IMG/VR virus record: IMGVR_UViG_3300023223_001361 | Location: 1-64,000 of that record | Direction: 5' to 3' (one strand) | Source of the DNA: a virus | Length of the DNA stretch: 64,000 nt | Part shown: positions 45,126 to 54,270 of the stretch, piece after piece | Layout: each line of letters begins with the position of its first letter | Position numbering within the stretch: the first letter of the stretch is position 1 | The notes under the pieces: generated by a model | What the model was told of the DNA's origin: nothing | Databases searched by the model: none | Seen by the model: the letters and a program-made list of their open reading frames with translations, nothing else | Program-made: the position numbers and the translations under genes

Positions 45126-47315
45126 ATGTCTAAAGTTGATATATCAGTAAAAGATATTCTTGCTCAGCTTATGGCAACAGAAAAACTTTCGATTGAACAT
45201 CGTTCTGGTGCTCATACTGCTGCTTTTGATTTAAAAAACAGAATTCTCATTTTGCCAATTTGGAAAGAAATGGATGACCATCTTTATAATATGTTGATAG
45301 GTCATGAAGTTGGTCATGCTCTTTATACTCCTCAAGATTACATTGAAGAAGTGAAGAAAAATGCTTCACTTAGTTCGTATCTCAATGTTGTTGAGGATGC
45401 TAGAATCGAAAAAATCATCAAAAATGATTTTCCAGGAATTCGACGATCTTTTAGAGAAGCTTACCAACAATTAAATAAGAGAGATTTCTTTGGTAGACAA
45501 AAAACAGGTAATCTTAAGAAATATGATTTAATTGATCGAATCAATCTCCATTTCAAATTGAATTCTTACATCTCTGAAGAGATTGCTTTTACTGATGAAG
45601 AAAAGTTTTGGGTTGAAAAAGTGGATTCGTGTAAAACTTTTTCTGATGTTGTTAGAGTAGCAAAAGAACTTTTTAAATACCAAAAAGAACAAAACCAACA
45701 ACAACAAAAAGCCAAAATTTCAGAAGATGGTGATGGAAAAATTGATTCAGGAACTATGGAAAAGGATAATTCTGAAGAAAATAGTTCCACTTCTGATAGT
45801 TCTGAAGAATTTCAAGATTCTGAAACCAATCAATCCAAAGCTGATCAGGATTCTGATGAAAAAGATAAGAATTTGCAAGATCCCTTTTCCGAAACAGATC
45901 AAAATCTTCAGGAAAATTTAAAAAATCTACGAGATGAATTTGCTGATGAATATGCCTATGTTGATTTTCCAAATCTCTCAAAGGAAGAAATTAGTAATTA
46001 TATAATTCCTTTCCAGACAGTTCATAGACAAATTCGAGAGCATTACATTAAAGAATATGAAAGAAATCTTTCTTATACTGAATCTCATCGTGGAGAAAAT
46101 TGTTGTTGCTTAAATGAACTTAAAGAGGCAGAAAATAGACTTTCTCAATTTAAATCGGAGAGTATTAAAGTTGTTAATTATCTTGTCAAAGAATTTGAAA
46201 TGAAAAAAGCAGCACATATCCATGACAAAACGAGGATTTCTAAAACTGGCGTTATTGATATGAATAAACTTTTTTCTTACAAATATAATGACGATATTTT
46301 TAAAAGAAGTTCAGTTGTTTCCACAGGAAAAAATCATGGTATTTTAATTTTTTTTGATATGTCAAATTCGATGTCTTCTCATATGGCAGGAACTATAGAA
46401 CAAATGATAAATCTCGTTTTGTTCTGTAAGAAAGTTCAAATCCCTTTTGAAGTTTATGGTTTTACGACTTGCGATAATAATTCTCGAATTGATTCAGCCC
46501 CAAACGTACCAAAGAAGGAAATTATTTTAGGAAACCATTTTACATTAAGGAATTATTTTTCTCATCGAATGAATTCTGGACAATTTCAAAATGCTTTAGT
46601 CAACATGATGGCAATTTTACATTATTATGAAATCGCAAAGGAGTATCCCACAAAAAAATATAGTTTACCTACTTCTGAACAATTACACTATACTCCATTG
46701 AATCAAACAATAATTATTGCTACTCATCTTGTTCCACTCATTCAAAGGAAATATAATATTGAGATAATGAATTGTATCTTCATTACTGATGGATGTCATT
46801 ATACAGGTGGTCAAGATTTGAGATTTATAGATTATGATGGTTTTTCGAAATCTTTATGTCAATATCAGAAAATCTTCATCAAAAAAGATAATAAACAATA
46901 TGAATCGAATTCGCGGGAAGATAATTTTACAAAAATCTATTTTGAAATATTAAAAAAATCTTGTCAAACAAATAATATTGGCTTCTTTATCCTCCAATCT
47001 GGTAAAAGTGGATTTGAATCTGTGATTTCCCAAAAAGATAATAATCTCCAAAATAAAAGTAAAACAGAAAAGAAAGATATCATTAATAAGTTATATGATC
47101 AATATCAAAATGATGGTTTCTTTAATGTTCAAACTGCTGGCTATGATGATTATTTTGTTGTTCCGGGTGGTGATCAGTTAAGAACTCATCAAGGTTATAT
47201 CCCAGTCAAGCCAGGAGCTTCACGACTCAAGATAACGAAAGCATTCAAAAAGAGTCAAGCTATTATGATAACTAGTAGAGTTATGCTTTCCAAATTTATC
47301 GACAGGATAGTATAA
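45126..47315 (+). CDS. CobT-like VWA-domain protein with N-terminal HExxH peptidase-like domain
   Basis: TAAFD..NR.L.LP.W, HEVGHAL.TP, NVVEDARIE; acidic linker; MIDAS DMSNS, TPL, ITDG. Confidence 0.85.
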   Translation: MSKVDISVKDILAQLMATEKLSIEHRSGAHTAAFDLKNRILILPIWKEMDDHLYNMLIGHEVGHALYTPQDYIEEVKKNASLSSYLNVVEDARIEKIIKNDFPGIRRSFREAYQQLNKRDFFGRQKTGNLKKYDLIDRINLHFKLNSYISEEIAFTDEEKFWVEKVDSCKTFSDVVRVAKELFKYQKEQNQQQQKAKISEDGDGKIDSGTMEKDNSEENSSTSDSSEEFQDSETNQSKADQDSDEKDKNLQDPFSETDQNLQENLKNLRDEFADEYAYVDFPNLSKEEISNYIIPFQTVHRQIREHYIKEYERNLSYTESHRGENCCCLNELKEAENRLSQFKSESIKVVNYLVKEFEMKKAAHIHDKTRISKTGVIDMNKLFSYKYNDDIFKRSSVVSTGKNHGILIFFDMSNSMSSHMAGTIEQMINLVLFCKKVQIPFEVYGFTTCDNNSRIDSAPNVPKKEIILGNHFTLRNYFSHRMNSGQFQNALVNMMAILHYYEIAKEYPTKKYSLPTSEQLHYTPLNQTIIIATHLVPLIQRKYNIEIMNCIFITDGCHYTGGQDLRFIDYDGFSKSLCQYQKIFIKKDNKQYESNSREDNFTKIYFEILKKSCQTNNIGFFILQSGKSGFESVISQKDNNLQNKSKTEKKDIINKLYDQYQNDGFFNVQTAGYDDYFVVPGGDQLRTHQGYIPVKPGASRLKITKAFKKSQAIMITSRVMLSKFIDRIV

Positions 47316-47355
47316 ATGTTTGAAATTATTGAATAAATTTTAAATGGTTAAATGT

Positions 47356-47384
47356 TTGACAGATGTTTATGAATATGACATAAT
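47356..47384 (+). promoter_or_regulatory. Sigma70-like early promoter
   Basis: TTGACA-17 nt-CATAAT with extended TG. Confidence 0.7.
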
Positions 47385-47407
47385 ATAAGAGTAAGAAGGA
47401 GATAAAA

Positions 47408-47635
47408 ATGTCACTCAATTTAAAATATGTTAAAGTAGGTGATTTGGTCCAACTGGTTGCTCAATCTGATGCTTATTCAAATCGTATTAAACGACAAATG
47501 GCTTCAGTTGAAAAAATTACTAATAGGATTTATCTTTTTGCCCTTCGGAATAGTTTAAGAAATTTGAGTTTTAGTAATGTGATTTTTGATGTGAAATCTT
47601 ATGGGAAAGATTGGTATCTTGAAAATATTGAATAA
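47408..47635 (+). CDS. Hypothetical protein (SH3/KOW-like)
   Basis: AAGGAG RBS; VKVGDLV motif. Confidence 0.6.
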   Translation: MSLNLKYVKVGDLVQLVAQSDAYSNRIKRQMASVEKITNRIYLFALRNSLRNLSFSNVIFDVKSYGKDWYLENIE

Positions 47636-47647
47636 TTTGGAGGTATA

Positions 47648-48844
47648 ATGCGTTTAGCTAAAAGAAATAAAGTTCATGAAGAGAGAAAAAATTTTGCTGA
47701 GCTTGCTTATGAAGAATATGGTTCCCCAATTAACAGAAATCAACTTGAATATTTTTGTGCTAAACATGGTTACAGTTGGCCTTCTTGGTTAGTGAAAGGT
47801 CATGAATATCGAGCTGGTTACGGTTTATATTATTTACCTGTAGGAGATTTTGAAAGCGCTTTACCTGAAAAATCAGTTTCAAAAAAACAAAAAGTAGAGA
47901 GTATTACAACTTCAATTGAAAATTATACCAATTTAGAAGAAAAGATAATCCCGGATAAAGATCCTCTTTATGTTCCTTTTGGTCAATTTGAGTTAGTTGA
48001 AAAAATAGTTGCTTCAGGAATTTACTATCCCTTATTTGTCACTGGTCTTTCTGGTAACGGGAAAACTTTTATGATTGAACAGGTTTGTGCCCAAACGAAA
48101 AGGAATCTTTTCCGAGTTAATATTACAATTGAAACTGATGAGGATGATTTACTAGGTGGTTTTCGGTTGATTGATGGTGAAACAGTTTGGTTTAATGGTC
48201 CTGTTATTAAAGCTATGCTTACTGGATCAGTTTTACTTTTAGATGAAATTGATCTTGCAAGTTCTAAAATTCTTTGTTTGCAACCAGTTCTTGAAGGTAA
48301 AGGTGTTTTTCTCAAAAAGATTAATCAATTTGTGAAACCTGCTCCTGGTTTTACTGTTCTCGCAACAGCTAATACTAAAGGTAAAGGTTCTGAAGATGGT
48401 CGTTTTATTGGAACTAATATTTTAAATGAAGCTTTTCTTGAACGCTTTCCTGTAACAATTGAGCAAGAATATCCTGGTCGATCCGTAGAAGTCAAGATTT
48501 TGAGACGTGTTTTAAAAAGTCACAATATTAATAATCTCGATTTTGCAAAGAGACTTGCAGAATGGGCAGATGCAATTCGTGATACATTTTTTGATGGTGT
48601 GATTGATGAATTAGTTTCAACTCGTCGCCTGGTACATATCGTTAATGCTTATGCGATTGTTAAAGATAAAGAAGAAGCAATCAGACTTTGTATCAATCGT
48701 TTTGATGCTAAGACGAAAGAAGCTTTCATGCAACTTTGGTCAATGTTTAATCTGTCCCCGGAAGAATTAGAAAGAAATCAACAAAGTGAAAGAGATGAAG
48801 AATGGCTAGAAGAAACGGAAAAAGCAACAACTATTCCTTTTTAA
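47648..48844 (+). CDS. cobS: MoxR/CobS-like AAA+ ATPase
   Basis: GLSGNGKT, RVNIT.ETDEDDLLGG, LLLDEID, ATANTKGKGS.DGRF.GTN.LNEAFLERF, STRRL. Confidence 0.9.
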   Translation: MRLAKRNKVHEERKNFAELAYEEYGSPINRNQLEYFCAKHGYSWPSWLVKGHEYRAGYGLYYLPVGDFESALPEKSVSKKQKVESITTSIENYTNLEEKIIPDKDPLYVPFGQFELVEKIVASGIYYPLFVTGLSGNGKTFMIEQVCAQTKRNLFRVNITIETDEDDLLGGFRLIDGETVWFNGPVIKAMLTGSVLLLDEIDLASSKILCLQPVLEGKGVFLKKINQFVKPAPGFTVLATANTKGKGSEDGRFIGTNILNEAFLERFPVTIEQEYPGRSVEVKILRRVLKSHNINNLDFAKRLAEWADAIRDTFFDGVIDELVSTRRLVHIVNAYAIVKDKEEAIRLCINRFDAKTKEAFMQLWSMFNLSPEELERNQQSERDEEWLEETEKATTIPF

Positions 48845-48911
48845 TAATTATTAACTCCCTGCTATACTTACGAAATTCGTAAGTTATTGGAATTCTTCGA
48901 AAAAATATCTC

Positions 48912-48940
48912 TTGACTTCTACTAAGGATTATAGTATTAT
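48912..48940 (+). promoter_or_regulatory. Sigma70-like promoter
   Basis: TTGACT-17 nt-TATTAT. Confidence 0.6.
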
Positions 48941-48990
48941 AATAATTGAAAAGAAAAAGTGAAATTATTAACTTAATGAAAAGGAAAATT

Positions 48991-49245
48991 ATGATGGCTA
49001 AAACACAAATTGAAAAGGTGCTGAATTTCCTAGCTTCGGGAAAGCAGCTCACAGTAAGTGAAGCTCGTAGTCGTTTTGGTGTGCAGAATCTTCGATCGAT
49101 AATTGATCGGCTGCGAAACCGAGATGGTTTTACTATCTACACAAACCAAAAAACATTTAGTCGTGGTCTTCATCGAGGTCGAATGGTTACTACTTATCGT
49201 CTTGATAATGCAGATCAAGAGTTTGTTCTTTCTGGTAGAGGATAA
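48991..49245 (+). CDS. Winged-HTH DNA-binding protein
   Basis: TQ.EKVLN.L.SG..LT..EA.SRFGV.NLR..I..LR..G..IY.N...YRL. Confidence 0.8.
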   Translation: MMAKTQIEKVLNFLASGKQLTVSEARSRFGVQNLRSIIDRLRNRDGFTIYTNQKTFSRGLHRGRMVTTYRLDNADQEFVLSGRG

Positions 49246-49289
49246 TTCCAGAAAGTGATTTGAAATGATTCCGCCAAGCGGCGCTTGAC

Positions 49290-49317
49290 AAGCGGGAGTA
49301 GACTACTCCCGCTTTAT
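49290..49317 (+). terminator. GC-rich hairpin/putative terminator upstream of gp45
   Basis: AAGCGGGAGTA-GAC-TACTCCCGCTT followed by TATT. Confidence 0.6.
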
Positions 49318-49341
49318 TCAACTATTTAAGGCAATTATATT

Positions 49342-50034
49342 ATGAAAATTTCTTCTGATACTCTTACCGTCCTAAAGAATTTTGCTTCTATTAATCAAGC
49401 TTTGCTGGTGAGAAAAGGAGACGTTCTACAAACTATTTCCCCACAAAATATTATTGTTTCTGAAGCTATTGTTGATGACTCCTTTCCACAAGATTTTGCA
49501 ATCTATGATTTAAATAAATTGATTAATGTTGAAAGTTTGCTTGAAGAACCTGATTTCTCATTTAAGAAAACTAATTTACATATTGTTAGCGGAAATCGTT
49601 CAGTAAATTATATTTATGCAGATCCTTCTAACATTCATACTTTGCCTGAAGGTTTGAAAGAAAAACTTGCAAGTTACCTTTCAAAAGCTGAGATTTCTTT
49701 TAAGTTTTCTGAAGATGATTTTTCTGGAGTTCTAAAAGCTTCTTCGGTAATGGGTTTTGAACATCTTGTAGTTGTTGGAAATGGTGAAGTTATTAGTCTT
49801 GTTGCTGAATCATCTGGCCCTAAGAAAAAGACACAAGGAAATTTTGTTATTTCTCTTCAAGATACAACAATTCATACATTTAAGATTGTTTTTAATATTG
49901 AGCATTTAAAACTTCTGCCTGGAAATTATGATGTCAATATTTCATCAAAAGGTATTGGTCATTTTCAGAACAAGGATGTACAAGTTGAATATTGGATTAC
50001 AGCTCAGAAAGAACTAACCGAATTTGGAGAATAG
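49342..50034 (+). CDS. 45: Sliding clamp gp45
   Basis: MKIS..TL.VLKNFASINQ, FPQDFAIYDL, Y.YADP, LLPGNYDV.ISS, YWI. Confidence 0.95.
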   Translation: MKISSDTLTVLKNFASINQALLVRKGDVLQTISPQNIIVSEAIVDDSFPQDFAIYDLNKLINVESLLEEPDFSFKKTNLHIVSGNRSVNYIYADPSNIHTLPEGLKEKLASYLSKAEISFKFSEDDFSGVLKASSVMGFEHLVVVGNGEVISLVAESSGPKKKTQGNFVISLQDTTIHTFKIVFNIEHLKLLPGNYDVNISSKGIGHFQNKDVQVEYWITAQKELTEFGE

Positions 50035-50035
50035 A

Positions 50036-50308
50036 ATGACTGACACAAAACAACTAAGCGACGAACAACTGGCGGAATTCAAGTCTTATGTGCCTGAAGG
50101 GCCTATCGACAATGTTAGTGTTGATATTAGATACGCGCACGGCGCGATCAGGGAGCTCCTCACAGAAATCTCCCGACTGCGGAAGACGGGCACAAAACTA
50201 AACGAGGTAGCAGCAGAAGCATATCAATACATCGGTTCCAACGGTGAAGGATGGTCGGAAAAACAAACAGTAGAGTTGTTGGACAAGCTTACGGAACAAA
50301 TCAAATGA
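50036..50308 (+). CDS. Hypothetical protein (GC-richer insert)
   Basis: GGAG RBS; AIRELLTEISRLR motif typical of phage accessory ORFs. Confidence 0.6.
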   Translation: MTDTKQLSDEQLAEFKSYVPEGPIDNVSVDIRYAHGAIRELLTEISRLRKTGTKLNEVAAEAYQYIGSNGEGWSEKQTVELLDKLTEQIK

Positions 50309-50565
50309 CTGACAAAAAACCAGAAGTTACACCAAAAGAAACTGTTCAAGAAAATATGGTGCGTCCCAGACCACCAGTAGGAACTTATAATTCTTATGAG
50401 AATGAATTTTTAACTGTTTTGCATCTTCTTAAATATAATCTACATCTTAATGCTAAAGCAATTGTATTTGCTGGTCTTTTAGCTAAAACATCTACTACTG
50501 AAGAAGCTGTTGAGGCTACTCAAAGAGTTATGGAAGCAATGAGATTGAAAGACGACGTAAAATAA
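50305..50565 (+). CDS. Hypothetical protein
   Basis: ATGA overlap with the upstream gene. Confidence 0.55.
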   Translation: MTDKKPEVTPKETVQENMVRPRPPVGTYNSYENEFLTVLHLLKYNLHLNAKAIVFAGLLAKTSTTEEAVEATQRVMEAMRLKDDVK

Positions 50566-50596
50566 TCATTTGGCAACTTGAACGGAAAAATTTATT

Positions 50597-51541
50597 ATGT
50601 CTAAGCGTGAATCCTTTTTGTGGACCGAGAAATATCGACCTGCCACAATATCCGATTGTATTTTACCCAAACATATTAAAGATGTATTTCGTGGATCACT
50701 GAAAAGTGGTGAGATTACTAACTTTCTACTTTGTGGTAAACCGGGCATGGGAAAGACCACTGTAGCAAAAGCTCTTTGTTCTGAATTGAAACTTGATTAT
50801 CAGTTTATCAATGGTTCAGAACAAAACGGCATTGATGTTCTAAGAACTATGGTGAAGGATTTCGCTTCTTCTGTAAGTCTTATCAGTGATAAAAAGGTTG
50901 TCATTATTGATGAAGCGGATTATATTACTGCTAATGCTCAAGCTGCTTTGCGTGGAATGATTGAAGAATTTTCATCTAATTGTACTTTTATCTTTACTTG
51001 TAATTTTGAGAATAAAATCATTGACGCTATACACTCTAGATGTGCTGTTGTTCAGTTTGTCGTGAGAGATAAAGATAAACTATCTCTTATACAGGATTTC
51101 TACAAAAGAACTTCTCATATTTTAGAGAAAGAAAATGTGGAGTTTAATAAGGAAGTTCTAGGTAAAGTAATTGTTGATAATTTTCCAGATTTCCGAAGAA
51201 CTATCAATGAGCTACAAAGATTTGCTACAGCAAACGGAAAGATTGATGAAGGTATTTTAGCTCAAACGTCAAACATCAATATTGATAGTTTGTTTAAAGC
51301 GATCACAAATAAAAAATATGGTGATTTACGTGAGTGGGTTGTTGAATCTCTTGATAATGATTCGACAAAGATTTATCGACAAATCTATGATGCACTTGCG
51401 GATTATTTGGAGCCTGGTAGCGTGCCAATGGCAGTTATGATTCTTGGAGATTATCAATATAAAGCTGCATTTGCGGCAGATCACGAAATCAATTTACTAG
51501 CTTGTTTAACTGAAATTTGGAAAGATTGTGAGTTTAAGTAA
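50597..51541 (+). CDS. 44: Clamp loader ATPase subunit gp44
   Basis: LWTEKYRP, GKPGMGKTT, IIDEAD, SRC, FPDFRRTINELQR. Confidence 0.97.
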   Translation: MSKRESFLWTEKYRPATISDCILPKHIKDVFRGSLKSGEITNFLLCGKPGMGKTTVAKALCSELKLDYQFINGSEQNGIDVLRTMVKDFASSVSLISDKKVVIIDEADYITANAQAALRGMIEEFSSNCTFIFTCNFENKIIDAIHSRCAVVQFVVRDKDKLSLIQDFYKRTSHILEKENVEFNKEVLGKVIVDNFPDFRRTINELQRFATANGKIDEGILAQTSNINIDSLFKAITNKKYGDLREWVVESLDNDSTKIYRQIYDALADYLEPGSVPMAVMILGDYQYKAAFAADHEINLLACLTEIWKDCEFK

Positions 51542-52008
51542 TGTCCGCACGATATGAAGCTGAGCTAAAGAGATTAAGTATGTTGCTCAAACAATTAGTT
51601 GGCGAAGAAGTGGAATGGCAAGCGCAAGAAGGTAGACGCGCTGCCGACCTGAAGCGGTTGGAGGAGCTGGAGGACTCGCTTACAGGCAAAGCAACTACTC
51701 CGCTTGAATTAATAGAAGAGCTTGATTTTGTTTGCAAACAAAAGGACGAAGTAATCGAAATAGCCCGTCGTGCGAGCGCCGGAGATGGAGAACCGGTCCG
51801 GACTGTGGTCCATCCACCGCTCTTTGTGAATACGAAAGTATTTGAAGAACAATGCCGAAAATGGGCGAAGAAACCATCAGCCGAGCAATTGAAGCGGTGG
51901 AAGAACGCGATACAGAATTTTGAGTGGTTTTCTCATGTAGAAGCACCACTTTATGATGCCGCCCGTGAAATGCTGGATTTTTTAAAAGATGACAAAAGAA
52001 CCAACTAA
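51541..52008 (+). CDS. Hypothetical protein (GC-richer insert)
   Basis: TAATG coupling; composition differs from the flanking core genes. Confidence 0.6.
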   Translation: MSARYEAELKRLSMLLKQLVGEEVEWQAQEGRRAADLKRLEELEDSLTGKATTPLELIEELDFVCKQKDEVIEIARRASAGDGEPVRTVVHPPLFVNTKVFEEQCRKWAKKPSAEQLKRWKNAIQNFEWFSHVEAPLYDAAREMLDFLKDDKRTN

Positions 52009-52168
52009 AGAACAATTAGAGCGGTGGGAAGCATTTCTCAATCAGGTAGTAATAATGGAAACGTCTCCACTTCTTTCGACTATCGAAAGTATCTATGTTC
52101 GAAATATACATGAAGCACTAGGTGCCGCCAAAGAAATGTTGGAGTTGTTGAAAGGTGAAAGCAGATGA
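51989..52168 (+). CDS. Hypothetical protein (59 aa), paralogous to the C-terminus of 51541..52008
   Basis: MTKEPTKEQLERWEAFL...ALGAAKEMLELLK versus KKPSAEQLKRWKNAI...LYDAAREMLDFLK. Confidence 0.6.
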   Translation: MTKEPTKEQLERWEAFLNQVVIMETSPLLSTIESIYVRNIHEALGAAKEMLELLKGESR

Positions 52169-52189
52169 CAACGCCTGGAGGTGGATTAA

Positions 52190-52844
52190 GTGAATAATTG
52201 GCAAGAAATACTTTCCGAAGAATGTAAAAGGGATTACTTTATTAAAATTCAATCTTTTCTTCGGGAAAAGAGAAAAGAAGGCATTACTGTTTACCCAAAG
52301 AAAGAAGATTTATTTGCTGCTTTTTCTCTTACACCATTTGAAAAGATTAAAGTTGTAATTTTAGGTCAAGATCCTTATCATGGTATGAATCAAGCTCATG
52401 GTTTGGCTTTTTCAGTACATGATAAGATTCAAATTCCACCATCTTTGCAAAATATTTTCAAAGAATTGATGCGTGATGTTGGTAATGTGACTATTTGTGA
52501 AGGTGGATGTCTTATTAATTGGGCAAAACAAGGTGTGTTATTGTTAAATTCAGTTTTTAGTGTAGAAGCCGGTCACCCAGGGTCACATTCTAATATTTGT
52601 TGGCAGCGTTTTAGTGATTTTGTTATCGAATCAATTAATAAAGAACATAAAGGAATTATTTTTCTTCTTTGGGGGTGCATATGCACAATCAAAAGAAAAT
52701 CTTATTGATAAGAAAAAACATTATGTATTGAAAACTTCTCACCCTTCTCCTTTATCTGCCCATCATGGATTTTTGGGATGTGGTCATTTTTCAGAAGTAA
52801 ATCGTATTTTATGTGAACAGAACAAACAAGAAATTAATTGGTGA
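52190..52844 (+). pseudogene. ung: Family-1 uracil-DNA glycosylase, frameshifted at the G5 run 52671..52675
   Basis: First frame has GQDPYH, QAHGLAFSV, PPSLQNI, WAKQGVLLLN, FLLWG; second frame continues AYAQ...SHPSPLSA..GF.GC.HFS..N. Removing one G restores LWGAYAQ. Confidence 0.9.
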
Positions 52845-52849
52845 TTAAA

Positions 52850-53230
52850 ATGAAAGAAACATTAGTTCAAATTGGAGACGTTATTAAATCCGAAATGTTT
52901 GGTTGTGTTTCTGTGCTGGGTCGACAGGTTCCTATCAAAAAAGGTAAACATGGCGTGATGCAAGTGGTTGAATTTATCGATGAAACTTTAGCTGATGCAG
53001 AGTTTGTTGTCGAGGAGACAAAATCTAAGGGAGGGGGAATCGGACATGGTCCACATGACATTTATCCAAATGGATGGCATGTTACTGCAAGAAAATTATC
53101 AAAAGATGGAAGTTATAATCCAGATGGTGAGGTTATCAAATTTTACCAAAGTGGTGCTTTCTCAAATAAGATATCAGAAGTGGAAGTTGTGGGCAAGATG
53201 GAAATAAGTAAAAGTTTTGTAAGATTATAA
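52850..53230 (+). CDS. Hypothetical protein
   Basis: GGG.GHGPHD.YP.GWHV.ARKL...G.Y...G..I.FYQSG motif-rich ORF of unknown function. Confidence 0.65.
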   Translation: MKETLVQIGDVIKSEMFGCVSVLGRQVPIKKGKHGVMQVVEFIDETLADAEFVVEETKSKGGGIGHGPHDIYPNGWHVTARKLSKDGSYNPDGEVIKFYQSGAFSNKISEVEVVGKMEISKSFVRL

Positions 53231-53231
53231 T

Positions 53232-53618
53232 ATGGCAGAAATAAAGCTATTTGATTTTCTCAATTCCATTAACTTCACGAAAGAAGATATTTTGACTGAA
53301 GAAAATCAGAAAGAGTATACACCTTATGTCATTAATCATTTTTTATCTGGGACGATGGATACCATTCTTGCTGCCAATGAGATGAATATTAGACATCATC
53401 TAGATAAACGAATGCAATATGATTTTTTGAAAAGGATTGTTCGTAAAAGGAAAAGATTTACTAAGTGGTTGAAACCAGATAAGTTTGATAAGATAGATGC
53501 TATCAAAGAATATTATGGTTACAGTAACAATAAAGCTAAGTCCGTTGCAGATTTAGTCTCGGATGAGGAATTAGAACATATGCTCAAACGCCTGGAAAAA
53601 GGAGGCGTCAAAAAGTAA
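53232..53618 (+). CDS. 62: Clamp loader small subunit gp62
   Basis: LFDFLNSIN..K, Y.PY.IN..LS...DT, QYDF, RKRKRF.KW.K, KEYYGYS..KA. Confidence 0.93.
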   Translation: MAEIKLFDFLNSINFTKEDILTEENQKEYTPYVINHFLSGTMDTILAANEMNIRHHLDKRMQYDFLKRIVRKRKRFTKWLKPDKFDKIDAIKEYYGYSNNKAKSVADLVSDEELEHMLKRLEKGGVKK

Positions 53619-53678
53619 AAATCCTATTATCCTAAATAATTACAGTATTATTTTACATTACTGATGATAGGATTGAAA

Positions 53679-54116
53679 ATGAGCAATGTTGTAGATGATT
53701 TAATTGAGGTGAAGTTAAAAGCTCCAGATGATTTTTTGAAAGTTCGAGAGACTCTAACAAGAATCGGTGTTGCTTCCCGGCACGAAAAAACTCTCTATCA
53801 GAGTTGTCATATTCTTCATAAACGAGACAAAAAAGTTAAAGATGAAACTACAGGTTTAGGCTTGAGCAGATATTATATAGTTCATTTCAAGGAACTTTTT
53901 AAATTGGATGGAAAACCTACTAATATGGATGAAAGTGATATTGCTCGGAGAAATACAATAGCTAATATTTTGGAAGAGTGGGGCTTAGTTGAATTAGTTG
54001 ATTCGGAGAAAAGTGAAAATCCAGTAGCACCAATCAGTCAGATTAAAATACTTCCTTTTAAAGAAAAAGAAAACTGGACTCTAGCAGCAAAATATAATAT
54101 CGGTAATAAAAAATAA
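53679..54116 (+). CDS. regA: Translational repressor RegA
   Basis: DDFLKVRETLTRIGVAS, LYQSCHILHK, YYIVHFKELF.LDG, RRNTIA..L..WGL. Confidence 0.96.
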   Translation: MSNVVDDLIEVKLKAPDDFLKVRETLTRIGVASRHEKTLYQSCHILHKRDKKVKDETTGLGLSRYYIVHFKELFKLDGKPTNMDESDIARRNTIANILEEWGLVELVDSEKSENPVAPISQIKILPFKEKENWTLAAKYNIGNKK

Positions 54117-54250
54117 TGATTTTAATAATTGGTTATACCGTTTTAATTTCTTTGTTGATATATCAAATTATCTTCACAGTCAATTTAAACAAAACAAGAA
54201 AGAAACGAAAAATAAATGTAGAGGAAATTATTAAAAAATATTTTGATTGA
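54116..54250 (+). CDS. Small membrane protein (44 aa)
   Basis: TAATG-coupled; hydrophobic N-terminus then a basic tail (MILIIGYTVLISLLIYQIIFTVNLNKTRKKRK...). Confidence 0.45.
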   Translation: MILIIGYTVLISLLIYQIIFTVNLNKTRKKRKINVEEIIKKYFD

Positions 54251-54270
54251 TTATTTACAGGTGATTTATT

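Noticed and set aside
47648-48844. Cobalamin-biosynthesis auxiliary metabolic gene
   Set aside because: No CobN or other cob genes; this is the MoxR-type ATPase widespread in T4-like phages.
49285-49313. Sigma70 promoter from the TTGACA upstream of gp45
   Set aside because: No -10 hexamer at 16-18 nt spacing; the position falls in the GC-rich hairpin.
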